Below are positions 1 to 12,750 of a DNA stretch of 64,000 bases, one piece after another. Numbering within the stretch: the stretch's first letter is position 1; every line of letters starts with the position of its first letter. Source of the DNA: the human T2T-CHM13v2.0 reference genome, Homo sapiens; assembly GCF_009914755.1 (NCBI RefSeq), contig NC_060936.1; one strand, written 5' to 3'. The position numbers were made by a program, and so were the translations under genes. Under the pieces are notes generated by a model. It was given only the letters and a program-made list of their open reading frames with translations. It did not search any database and was not told where the DNA came from.

Positions 1-30
1 TAACAGGCCAACTCAATAATACTGCTTCTG

Positions 31-330
<300 letters not shown>

Positions 331-531
331 TTAAAAACTGCTGCTATTTTTTTTTCCTAGCATACACTTAAGTTTGCTGCACTTAAAATACACCCATAAT
401 GCAACTTCACTTTATCCCTACCTCTGACTTAGCAAACACATTCTTTCCCCAGCCAACTGTGCTAATGATATCACCAAAATGTTTCCGTGTCAGATGGGAA
501 AATACAGTTTGAACAGGCATCTCCTACCTCT

Positions 532-1117
532 TGTAAAAGGTAAAGTAGAGGTTCCTCTCCAAAGACTTTCCTCCCCATTTAATTTGGAATAAACGGTAAC
601 TTCTCTTCGAAGCAAAATTTATTCAAAGACCTGTGCTAACATTCCTAATTATCTGCTAGCCGTGGTAAAGAAATCAATGTACTTTATGTTCTTAGCTCCC
701 ACAATTTAGCCTAAATATTTGCCCTGGCATGCTTACACTGGTCGGAGCAAGCATTAGGTCATAGCCTGTTCCTCTTCCTTATTTAAAAGTGTTTACCTTT
801 CTCACCATTCCACAAGTTACTTTCTCCTTCCTTTGTTCTCTTCTGCCTTCGCCTCTTTTAAAAAGTTTTAAGTTGCTTCCCAATCAGGACAAATACAGAA
901 TATGAGGTCCCGTTCCAGCCAATGGAAACCGGACACAGCAGTAGGGTGGACGCATCAGGTTACAAATGACCCTGTCTCTTTGTTCGGTGTACTCTCGTGG
1001 CAAAACTGCTGGCGAATGTACCCTTTCTGCGGGAAGTAAAAATGGCCTTGCTGAGTAAATTAAATTTATGTTCAAGTGCTATTTCTTCACGGCACCGGGG
1101 AACAAGCATTTCAAACA
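532..1117 (+). mobile_element. Solo ERV1 LTR, LTR10 family (probably LTR10C)
   Basis: TG...CA termini; ~586 bp; near-matching 4-bp flanks CTCT/CTTT; CCAAT boxes and an ATTAAA-type signal; subfamily recognised from memory of the consensus. Confidence 0.75.
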
Positions 1118-1156
1118 CTTTCATGAGAGATTATTTAAAATAGCACTTCTTTACAC

Positions 1157-1480
1157 CAGGCGTGGTAGCTCACACCTATAATCCCAGTACTTTGAGAGGC
1201 TAAGGTGGAAGGATCACTTGAGCCCAGGATCCAGCCTAGGCAACATAGTGAGACCTCATCTCTGCAAAAAAAATTTTTTTTCCATCACACACCCATTCAT
1301 TCAATACAAAAAGTCTTTTAAAAATTATTCAGGCATAGTGGCACACACCTGTAGTTCCAGCCACTAGGGAGGCTGAGATGGGAGGATTGCTTGAGCCCAG
1401 GAGGTTGAGGCTGCGGTGAGCCAAGATTATATTACTGCACTCCAGCCTGGGTGGCAAAACAAGACCCTGTCTCAAAAAAA
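1157..1480 (+). mobile_element. AluJ-type element
   Basis: Diverged dimeric Alu. Confidence 0.85.
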
Positions 1481-1519
1481 TAAAACAGCACGTAAGAATT
1501 CAAGGAACCCACATTTTAA

Positions 1520-2258
1520 TACAAATTGTTAATGAAAATAAGCTTTATTACATCAAGTAATAAATACATACAAAGATGCAAACAGTTTTAGTCATTTTCT
1601 TCCAGATGTTTTTATCAACTTACAATAAACGCAGAACTGAGATCTACTTACAGTCTTAGTATGAAAGTGTTCGGGGGTCCTTGTTAGGTTTGGTGGGTTG
1701 CTCTTTCTTCTGTATTTATAACTTGTGCATTTTTAAAAATTGACTTTGAAGCACTAATAGTCATGCAAATGCTTAAGCAAAAAATAAGTTACATTAAGCA
1801 GAACCTACATTGTATGGCAAATGGGAACCGGCTACTAAGTAAAGCGTGCTGTCAATATGCGTTCAAAACAAAATCCCTACAGTGGTATTAGCTTATGAAA
1901 AGGAACAAAGAACACCATGGGTAACAAATGTATACAAAAGAGAAGATTAAAGGGAGACAATGGTGTCTTGGAGGCAAACTACAGTTTGCTGTAAGATAAC
2001 TTTCCGTGCATCTTTTAAATCAATGCTTAAAAAACAAAAAAAACCTGGGCAGTTCCTAACTACTTAAAATGCAAATCCTAATTAACTGCAAAATCTTTTC
2101 TCAATCTTTGAGACTGTAGGTTCAGAGCCAAGTGAACCATGGGAGGAAAAACGAAACTGTAACCATTTTGAAAACAAGGGTTTCATCTGAACAGGGGAGA
2201 TGAACTGTAACTTCTCATCTTGTAAAAAGATGGAAATCCTTCAAAACCAACAAGGCAG
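1520..2258 (-). other. CDK2AP1: CDK2AP1 3'UTR (end approximate)
   Basis: Unique AT-rich sequence between the stop codon and AATAAA at 1544-1549; repeats begin just beyond. Confidence 0.85.
1544..1549 (-). terminator. CDK2AP1 polyadenylation signal AATAAA
   Basis: TTTATT on + strand at the end of the unique UTR sequence. Confidence 0.85.
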
Positions 2259-2326
2259 CTAGGATCTGGCATTCCGTTCCGTTTCTGCCAAGCACTCCCG
2301 AACCAGTCCTCTAGCGTGAATGATGC
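2259..2326 (-). CDS. CDK2AP1: CDK2AP1 coding exon 4, (G)[21 protein letters not shown]
   Basis: 68 nt to TAG stop at 2261-2259; total CDS 348 nt = 115 aa. Confidence 0.97.
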
Positions 2327-3019
2327 CTGAAACAGAGGCAGAGACCTGAGGTCAGCAAGTGCACAGGACCAGCCAGCAAAGCCCATTCTGAAACAGCAAG
2401 AGGATCCATCCTTCCACAGCCTGTCCACAAAACCCTCAGACATAAAGAGAACCAGGGAAACCTATAACCAAGCAACCCTGAAGGACGCTAACAATCCCAT
2501 CCCTCTCTAAAGCCCTTCCCTCCTCACCACAACTCTTCCTGTCTCTCTAAACATTTTTTCCTGCATTCAAGGTGCACCAGCAAGCTGTCCTTCCACGACA
2601 CTGTTGGATGAAAGACATGTCTCCACCCAAATTCTTTTGCTTGACCCACTATGGAGATTTTTCTCTGGCTTCTTCAGTCTGAATTCTAGACAGGGCTTGA
2701 CCGGCGTAAGTAAGCAAGAGAATGGCTTCAGCTGCACACGTGAGGGCGCAGAGAACTGACTACTACCCACGCGGGACCCTGGGTCCACGGGGACAACCCC
2801 ACAAGACTGCAGCTACCTTCTGCCCGATGAATCTTCCCCAGTCTTTTGTCTCTGTGGTTTGGTGCTTACCTTTTTTTTCTTTCTGCCTCTACTGAACTTC
2901 ATGAAATATGATCTTTTAATAGACACTAAGGATTCTATTCCTTCTAATACATGACTCCCAGAGGCCACTGGGAATGACATCCCACATCATCACCTCACAA
3001 ATCTTAGAAACTAACTCAG

Positions 3020-3805
<786 letters not shown>

Positions 3806-4346
3806 CCTACAATGCTCCTAGCTCCTAACTCCCTGACCCCTCTATGACGTGTTTTCACCCTGCTGTGACATGAGCTTGGTAAGCTTGGGCTTGGCTGTTG
3901 GCCAAGGGGTAGCACTAGGTCTTCCTTGTTACTAAAAGACTGGCAGTTTGTACGCATTTGCTGACTTGAACCAGTGCCTTTTCTGGGTGACTGCAAATTA
4001 CCTGTTGGACTCTGGGACCCAGCATCTTCCCAGGAATTTCCATTCAGGTAAGCAGCACCCCAGCTACCGGAGAGCAGCCCTGGGACCACCCAACTCTCCA
4101 GGCGAGACCAGGGTTGGGCTCTGCATCCCTTCCCCCAGGCCCTCTTCAATCACATCCTCTAACCCTGGTAGTCCCAACCTAGCTTTGAGACCCGTCAACC
4201 TCTTCACAAAGGTTTCATAAACTCCAGAGCAACCCCGCTCCTGGCAGCAGCCTGTCCTCAACTGGCCCTCGTGTCACTGGGGCATAACTTCAACTACAGC
4301 CCCCATTTATGCTACAGATTTACAACCAAAGAAAGTTCCTCTCCCA

Positions 4347-5126
<780 letters not shown>

Positions 5127-5724
5127 TCAGAAGGTAGCAACCTATTTAACGTCCTTTCGAAATCAGACGGACAGTCACACCTTAACACGAGTCCCTTGTG
5201 CTCTGTCATCTCCTGCCTGCCCTCCCTCTCCAACCATTAAAGAACAAAGTGCTCTCAGCCTCCCTCCCCAGACCCTAGCACAGACCCACACACTTCCTTG
5301 GGTCTCCCTCCAAAGAGGTGACAGCAGAGGGCAGTGCAGGCACCGATGAACCCTGAGCTTGGCTTCCCTAGGACCAGTGTCGGCCCACAGGAGCAGACCA
5401 GGCAGGGTCGGGGGCAGGGGGCACTTCGAACACACCCTTGAAAGCCAGCAGACCCCCTGGCAGCACACAGGGTAAGAAGGGCTCCCTGCCTGGGCTGCCC
5501 TTCCCAGAAGACCCCTCTGAAGACATCCAGCCCCCCAGGCCCCTCGCTACCAGACCCATCGCCTGCCTGAGGCCTCCACCACAGACGGCAACTCTGTAAC
5601 AAGACAGGAGCTCCCATGAGTGAGCCTCATCCCTAGCCCACCTTCCCACATTTTCCCCAAAAGTCTTTCCAGAGTTAAAGGTCTAGCACTGTGGTCACCG
5701 ACAGGGCAGCGGGGCCGGGCTTAC

Positions 5725-5851
5725 CGCGCTTCAGCCTCTCCATGGCACTCTTGCTCCCTGCGTACGTGGGTCTGATCTCCTTCCCCAGCTCTTCAATGAT
5801 GGCCAGCAGCTCCGCGTATTTGCTTTGGGGCACCTGGCTGTTCCCAGTTCC
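5725..5851 (-). CDS. CDK2AP1: CDK2AP1 coding exon 3, [42 protein letters not shown]
   Basis: 127 nt; TAG acceptor; GCG|GTAAGC donor; conserved CDK2AP family core. Confidence 0.97.
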
Positions 5852-5879
5852 CTAGAATCAGAAAGAAATGGGTTCAGCA

Positions 5880-6050
5880 AAATCAGCCGGGCGTGGTGGT
5901 GCGTGCCTGTAGTCCCAGTTACTCAGGAGGCTGAGGCAGGAGAACTGCTTGGACCCAGGAGGTGGAAGTTGCAGTGAGCCAAGATCACTCCACTGCACTC
6001 CAGCCTGGGCAACAGAGCGAGACTCCATCTCGGGGGAAAAAAAAAAAAAA
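5880..6050 (+). mobile_element. 5'-truncated Alu (right monomer) next to the CDK2AP1 exon 3 acceptor
   Basis: Right-arm sequence with polyA; TSD GGGTTCAGCA. Confidence 0.9.
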
Positions 6051-7713
6051 GGGTTCAGCAGCCTGACCCCAAGGCCACAGGCAGGTGGGTGGAGAGGGCC
6101 CCGGGCCGGTCAGGATAGGGAACGCAGCCCAGCCTCAGACTTCTGGGGCAGCCACCTCAGCTGGGCCAAGGCACGTCCCATTCTAGGGGACAACTACAAG
6201 TTAGGGAGACGGTCCTCACCCTCCTATCCTCACACACTCAGGGAGGCCACCCAGTCGTCTCCAGGAAGCAACTTTATTATCTCCAATGAACAAAACAGGG
6301 GAAACAGCTCATTTTGGCACAAAAGAGTCCAAACAGCATTTCCCAGGATGCAGATGGATGGGAGGGCACATCCCAGGTGCCAAGCCTCCAAGCCAGTGGG
6401 GAGACAAGAGGCCACACCTGGGCCACCAGGACCACAGCGATCCGCCATGGCCCAGCCAGAGCCTGGAATGCATTCCCTTCTCTCATCCTCCCACCAACAG
6501 GGCCCAACCCCCAGAAAACCTTTCCTCCCACCACCACTGGGAGCCCCACAGCAAGCACCCGGATCAGCGAGGCTGGGCTTCCGGCAAGCCCACAAGCCCG
6601 CAAGCCCACAAGCCCAGGCTACCTCCCCTTGGCCACCTCCTCCCATAGACACGCCAGCTCCCTGGGCGAGGTCCTTGCCTCCCCCCTCCTCCACCACCGC
6701 CTCTGTCCCCTGGCCTCGCGCTCTGTCCTGTCCTCGTCCTGCTCCGGCTGCTCTGCCTCCCCACGGCACTGCCTCCAGGCCTCACGGGCCTCCCGCCTGT
6801 CCTGGCGCCGCCGTCGCATGGCCAGAACGTGGCACTGCCAACTCCCGGCTGCCCCTCTGCCTGGCCTCCCACAGCCACCGCTTCTTCAGCCGGTCCCGCT
6901 CACAGGCCCACACCTGCTTCTCCTCCTGGGGCAGGGCAGCCTGGTGGGGCATGGCCGGGGAGCCGCCCACTTGGCGAGGAACAGGCTCCATAGCGACCTC
7001 AGAACACTGGTGCTGGGGCCCAGCCAGGGAGAGCATCTTCCCGCTGGGACCTTCCCCGGGGCGGCTCATCCCTTGGAGATGTAGGGTGCAGCTGAGATGG
7101 TGGCGGCCCCATTCCTGCTGTTCGCCAGCCTGGGCTGGGGGTACTAGGATCACCCTTGGGCTGATGAGGAGCCCGGGTCTTGGGCAGTTACCAAGTGGGG
7201 GGTCACAGTCTGGAAAGTGGTGGAACCAGGGAGCGGCCTCGCCCAGGCCACACTCTCAAATACTGGCCCTCGACAAAAGGCAGCTGGGCTCTCAAGACAG
7301 GGCCACCTCCTCTCTGCTGGGCCCGCGCCCGTGGAGAGCAAGTGGGAACTGACCCTATCTTCTGTCCCAGCTTGGAGAGCCAGCATCAAGGTCAGGCCTC
7401 ACTTGCCCAAGAAAGAGGAGTGAGGAGGCCCACTGGAGGAACGCGTGGGGTGGGAGCCTCAGCACAGCTTGGGCTGCTGCCCCTTCCTGGTGCTCTCCTG
7501 TCCCCTCCACCTCACACGTCCCCGCGAAGCACAGTCCCCAGTGCCCTCCACTCTGATGTGTTCTGAGCAGGAGCGCAGCCAGGGCCTTGGGCTGAGAAAG
7601 CTCCGTCCCATCCTTTCTGCTCCTTCGTCTCTTCCACCAACTTCTCTCCTCTGATGGTGGGAAGCATGTCTCCCCCTGGCCCTCCCACCATGCCATCACC
7701 CCCATTGACATAC

Positions 7714-7811
7714 CTGGGTGTAGCCTAGGGACGGTGGCCCGTAGTCACTGAGCAGCTGGCGGTACTGTGAAGACGTTGCCATGCTGGTGGAAGGCGAGTG
7801 GACACTCCCAG
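7714..7811 (-). CDS. CDK2AP1: CDK2AP1 coding exon 2, [32 protein letters not shown]
   Basis: 98 nt; CAG acceptor; CAG|GTATGT donor; frame continuous with exon 1. Confidence 0.97.
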
Positions 7812-10800
7812 CTGTGGGGTGGGGAGAGAGAGGCCAGGAGTCAGCTCAGCCAGTTGTACCAAGGCAAGGACTCCGGGTCCTGCAACAGCCCTTGCCCAGG
7901 ACCCACACCACCAACTGTAGCAGGATGGAGAACCCTGCTCTCCACCTCCGGTTTGACCAGCATATAAGATGGATAATGAAATGTAGCTACAAGGCACCTG
8001 ACCATCCCCAGCTCTGCAGCAGCCGCTGGTCCTCACAGAGCTCCATCCCATCCAACCAGAACCTTCCAAGCAGCAGGGCTGCTCCCAAAGATAAAATTAT
8101 TGCCACTCCTGGCCTGAACTCTGCCCATCCCCTCTCCCTGTGTCCTGGTCCCCAGAGGCTGAGAACCTAGAGGCCACATCACACCACAGCGCCACATAGG
8201 CTGGTCGAAACCAGGCTGAGCTTCCAAGCCTTTTTGCTTCTATGCGCTCAAATCTCTGCTGTGCTCAATGACAGGGAAGACAGGAAGGCCTTGGAGTATT
8301 TGAGACCCAACCCTGGCTGGAGACAGGCACGCTGGACATCAAATCAGAAATCTAGAGAACACCATGGCCTCTGTGTGCCCCAGATAAAGCCCCTCAACCC
8401 CTCTGTGCCTGTCTCCCCCTCCCCAAAGAGGGGACCAGACTCTTAGCAGTCTATGCCCCAAGGGCTCTGTATCCCAAGACAGGAGGGTTGAGGCCCCACA
8501 TATGGGATGCAACATTGGGGCCTGTCCAGAGCTGCAGTCAGTGACCAAGCAGGGCCCAGCCCAGAACGCAGCCTCCTGGATCTGGCAGGGGAGTCCGTGG
8601 CTAGGAGCACGCGGCCCCGCAATGGCGTCCCAGTGGCCATTAGCGGGTAAAGGATATCCTGCAGAATGACAAACAGCGGTAACCATGGAGAATTTACCTA
8701 GTCCTCCTCGGCAGCTGCCCGCCTGCCGCCCCCAGAGCCACACGGTCTCTCTCTCACACACACAGTGGGCGCCGCAGACTTGGCCTCGGGGACAGACAGC
8801 TGGTGCCAGGCTGGCCAAACCCACCAGCTGCTCGCTTGGTGTGGGTGAGGGGAGGGGCAGAGGAGGAAGGAAGTTCAGGGCCTCAAGCTGGGGGAGCCGG
8901 GAGGAGCACTGGAGAACCCTGGCTCCAGGCCCCTCGATTTAGAGAAATGGACCTGAAGGGGTGGCCCCAGGGCACACAGCATAGAGGAGACCAAAGCAGG
9001 GAGCCAGCTACCCCGGCACCTGCCCCTCTCTCCGAGAACGGGGACCGTTCCGAGCTGTCTCCTGAGTCTCAGGCCAGCCCTGGATGCTGCCACTGCAGCC
9101 CAGGGTTATGCTCCAGCTTGGGCTGGAACTGCAAACGTGGACTTGGATCCTGAACTGGGCAGAGCACCGTGCCACTCCGAGCCTCAGTTTCCACGCCTCC
9201 CACGTGGGGATGATGAGACACATGCGGATGATGAGACACGTGCGCTATAGGGGCGGGTTGCTTGGGAGGGGGACGCACAACGCCCACGATATCTGGCACG
9301 TCCATGGCCACTGCAGGAATTGGGCAGGGTGATGTCCCCCAGAGCCCCCTAACTACATCAGCCAAACCCCAGTTTCCTGAGCTTCTGATGTGGCAGCAAG
9401 CATGGCATGGCGAACACAGGCTCTGCCGGCACAGACCTGGGTTCTGATCCTGGTCACTACACCTCTCTGGCTCCAGGGCCAGTCGCTGGGGGTAGCATCG
9501 CGCACAGCACCCCAGGCGTTTGCAAGATCCCAGCGCCCTGGCAGGAGGGGTGCTGGCCACTTCCCACGCACCCTCGCATTCCCTCGGTGTGCCCCCGTCC
9601 TCTTCCCCAACTGCTCTGCCCACTGCTCCTCACCTCCCCTTTTCTGTCCTCCCCACTGGACTTCGTGCCAGCCCCAGCTGTGCCACTCCTGGCTGTGTGA
9701 CCTCAGACAGGCTCCCCGCCCTCCAGTCCTCAGTTTCTCCATTTGTTAGAGGCAGTGCTTCCCAAGAGAAGGTCTATGGGCTCCAGTTCCTACTATTTGA
9801 TGATACTGGGGTTAGGTTTTGCAGGGCTGAGAGGGAGGAGGAAGGAGAAATCGTCCCATTTTGGCTGGGGGACGAGGAGCAATAGCTCGGTGACCCCAGT
9901 GCTCTGTCCAGGCCACTCCCTTGTTCGGGGGCGGGGGGGTGTCTAGTCCTGGAGAGAGATGGCGGAAGGGCTCCGAGTTCCACTCCTGGTCACTCCTTCC
10001 TGCAGACACAGGGACCAGGACACAGGGACCACGTCAGCGAAGGCCGTCTCGGCGCATCTCAGACAATGAGCGCAGTGTGCAGGAGCGAGGGGTTGGCAGA
10101 GGCCAGGAAGCTCCTGGGGCCAGGCGCGGCTCCCCACCCCCACGCCAGACAAAGAGCGCGGGGCCTGGGGAGCTGGCGGCCTTCCCGCCACTTGGGGCGC
10201 CTGGGGGGCTCTGGGGCGGGGGAGGCGGGGGCTTTGTCTAACTCCGCCACTGCCACCACCGGCCAGGCCGCGGCTTGGCAACCCGTGAACAGGAGGCAGG
10301 GCTGCAGGGCGTGAGGGATGATGACAAGGAAGCCGGAGGAGCAGCGGCGGCAGCGGAGAGTCCATCTTGGATGCAAATGGCAGGAGGGGAGCTGGGGTTC
10401 TGCAAAGGGGCCCGTGGGGGGTTGGGAGGGGCACCAAAAAGCCCAGATCTGGGGATCTCGGCACTCCTGGAATTCTCCACAGGACAAAGAAGAAAAGCTG
10501 AGTACAGGTCCAGCCAGCCCAGAACAGGACTTCAGGGGTCCCCGTGAGTGCCGCTGTCCCTGTGACCCCAAACCCCGAGGGTCCCAGTTTAGGGCCCCGG
10601 CCCCAATGACACCAGGGTAAGCCTGAGCTCAGCCTTGCCCAGGCTGGCAACACCAGCCCCTGCCCTCCCCACAGGCCAGAGGAAGAAGGCTGCTGGCAGT
10701 CCTACCTGGCAACAAAGCCCGTCTTTGTAAGGTCTGCGGACCCCAGAGGAGGTGAGAATGTTTGAGAAAAAAACAGTGGCTGTTTGCTCTTTGGGACTCC

Positions 10801-11199
10801 GAGCCCACAAGTGAGCAATTCAACTCTCCCTCCGCACCCTGACGCTTAACCCTTTCCTGCCCCTACACCTCAGTGTCCAAGATTTTTTTTAGGTATCGTT
10901 TTTATGGGTCCCACTTCCGATTTGGGGGGTTACGAGGTCAACGTTTGCAAACAAGGCCCAAAACTCGAGCAGGAGAGCCAGCGTGGCACCGGTGACCAAC
11001 GGGGCCACTCCTCTCCCCGTCGAGTCCTTCCCCCCATCCCGCCCCGCAACACAACCGCCTTTTGGGAAGTCTGTTTCCGACCAAGTGTCAGAGAAGAAGG
11101 GCCCCAGTGAGGTCACAAAGCCCGGCACCTACGAATCCCTCAATGTTGTGCCCACTCCCCATGGCTCCCTCGGTCCCCTGGGCTCAGCCCGAAGCTGCC

Positions 11200-12750
11200 T
11201 GACAACTTCTGGAGGAGTTTCCTGGGAGCGCCCGGCTGCGGCCGCAGCCCCAGGAAGCTTGAGGGGAGCCCCTCCCGGCTTCTGCATCGAGGGCCTTCCA
11301 GGGCCAGCCCTTGGGGGCTCCCAGATGGGGCGTCCACGTGACCCACTGCCCCCACGCCCGCGCGCGGGCCCCAGCAGCCCCAGAGCTGCGCCAACTTCGT
11401 TCACTCCGCGCTCACCTTACGGGGGTCCCCGCGTGACCGCATGGGGTAGCCCCTGCTCCCACGCTCCCGGCCGAGGCCCCCGGGCCTCCGAGTACGCTGC
11501 CCGCCGGCGACCCCATCCTGGTCCCAGTCCCGGCGGCCCCGCGACCTCAGGGCCCCCGGCAGCCCGGCAGCCCCGCAGCCCCGCAGCCCTCCATCCGCGC
11601 CCGCCCGCGCGGGTCCTGGCCCTGCCCGCAGCGCCCCCCGCCCGGGCTGCTTCACGACCCCGCTCCCCAGGGCGGCGGGGCCCCGCGCCCCGCTCCCGGC
11701 GCGGCCCGGGCCGCTCCCGACTCCCGCCGGCAGGGGCCCTCGCCGAGCCGCCCAGAAGCCGGAGGAAAAAGGAGCCGAGAACAAGCCTCCCCCGCCCTCG
11801 CCCTCGCCCGCCGCGCTCCCTGCGATCCGCAGCCGCCGGCGCGGGGGTCACCCCGGGCCGCCCGCCCCGCACCCCCAGCCGAGGCCCTCGGCGTGCGGGG
11901 CGCACCAGAGAACTTTCGCGGCGCGGGCTCGGGAATCATGGCGGCGGCAGCGCTGCCCCGGGCCGGGACCCTGAGCCCCCCGCCCCCGGCCTCCGCGGGC
12001 GCCCCGGGCATCCCCGGGCCGGGGCCGGGCGCGCGGACCCCCAACTTGGCGGCGCTTGGGGCGCGTCGCACGCGGCTCACTCACCGGCGTTGAGGGCGGC
12101 GGCGGGCATGTGCGCGGCCAAGTTCGGTTTGTAAGACATCCCCCCGGGCGGCGGGCGCGCCGGGCGCGGCGGGGCCAGGCCGCGAGGGCGGCGGCGGCGG
12201 CGGCGAGGCCGGGCGGTAGCGCTGCAGCCCCGCGCCCGTCCGAGCGCCCGCCGAGCGCCCGCGCACTTTTTGTTGTCGGCGGCTCGGGCCGCGCCGGCAA
12301 ATATGGCCGTCCGCGCCCTGCCGCCGCCGCAGTCTCACCCAGGCCCCGGGTGCGGCGCAGGGGCGGCCGCAAACTTTCCGCGGAGCCGGCGGGGCGGCCG
12401 GGGCCGGGAGGGGGCGGCCCGGCGTCAGGGGGCGGCTCCGCCTGCGGCCGCGCCCCGCGCCTCCGGGTGCGCTCGGCGCCCGCAACTTGCCAAAGTTTGG
12501 GGGGCTGGGGTCCCGGCGGCGCCTGAGGCCCGCGCGCGTCCGGGCGGCTGCCCCGCGCCCGGCGCCCCGGGGGTGTGCTGGGGGCCGGTCCCGCGGCGGC
12601 TGCGGGAGGCCAGGGCGAACCGGAATCCGAAGAGCACTTTCTTCCCCTTGATGGTGGGGGCAGGGATGGAAAATTACCTGGAGAAAATGGTGGCGAGTGG
12701 TGTATTTAAGCACGTAGATCATTCCAGACGCCCAGGTCTGGCCAAGCCCC
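11200..12750. promoter_or_regulatory. CpG island / CDK2AP1 promoter, exon 1 and 5' intron 1
   Basis: Very high GC and CpG density; GC boxes (GGGGCGG); YY1-like CCATATT near 12300; USF-type E-box CACGTGAC at 11335-11342. Confidence 0.92.
12085..12139 (-). CDS. CDK2AP1: CDK2AP1 (p12/DOC-1, NuRD subunit) coding exon 1, MSYKPNLAAHMPAAALNA(A)
   Basis: ATG at 12139-12137; 55 nt; donor CCG|GTGAGT; translation matches the known CDK2AP1 N-terminus. Confidence 0.97.

Noticed and set aside
5949-7352. 467-aa + strand ORF
   Set aside because: Starts at a non-ATG codon inside an Alu, is Pro/Ala/Ser-rich with no recognisable domain, and is antisense to the intron; the minus-strand frame carries the more convincing coding signature
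9209-9235. Two ATGATGA box C-like motifs (possible snoRNA)
   Set aside because: On the strand opposite the host transcript, explained by the 18-bp duplication, and no convincing box D or terminal stem
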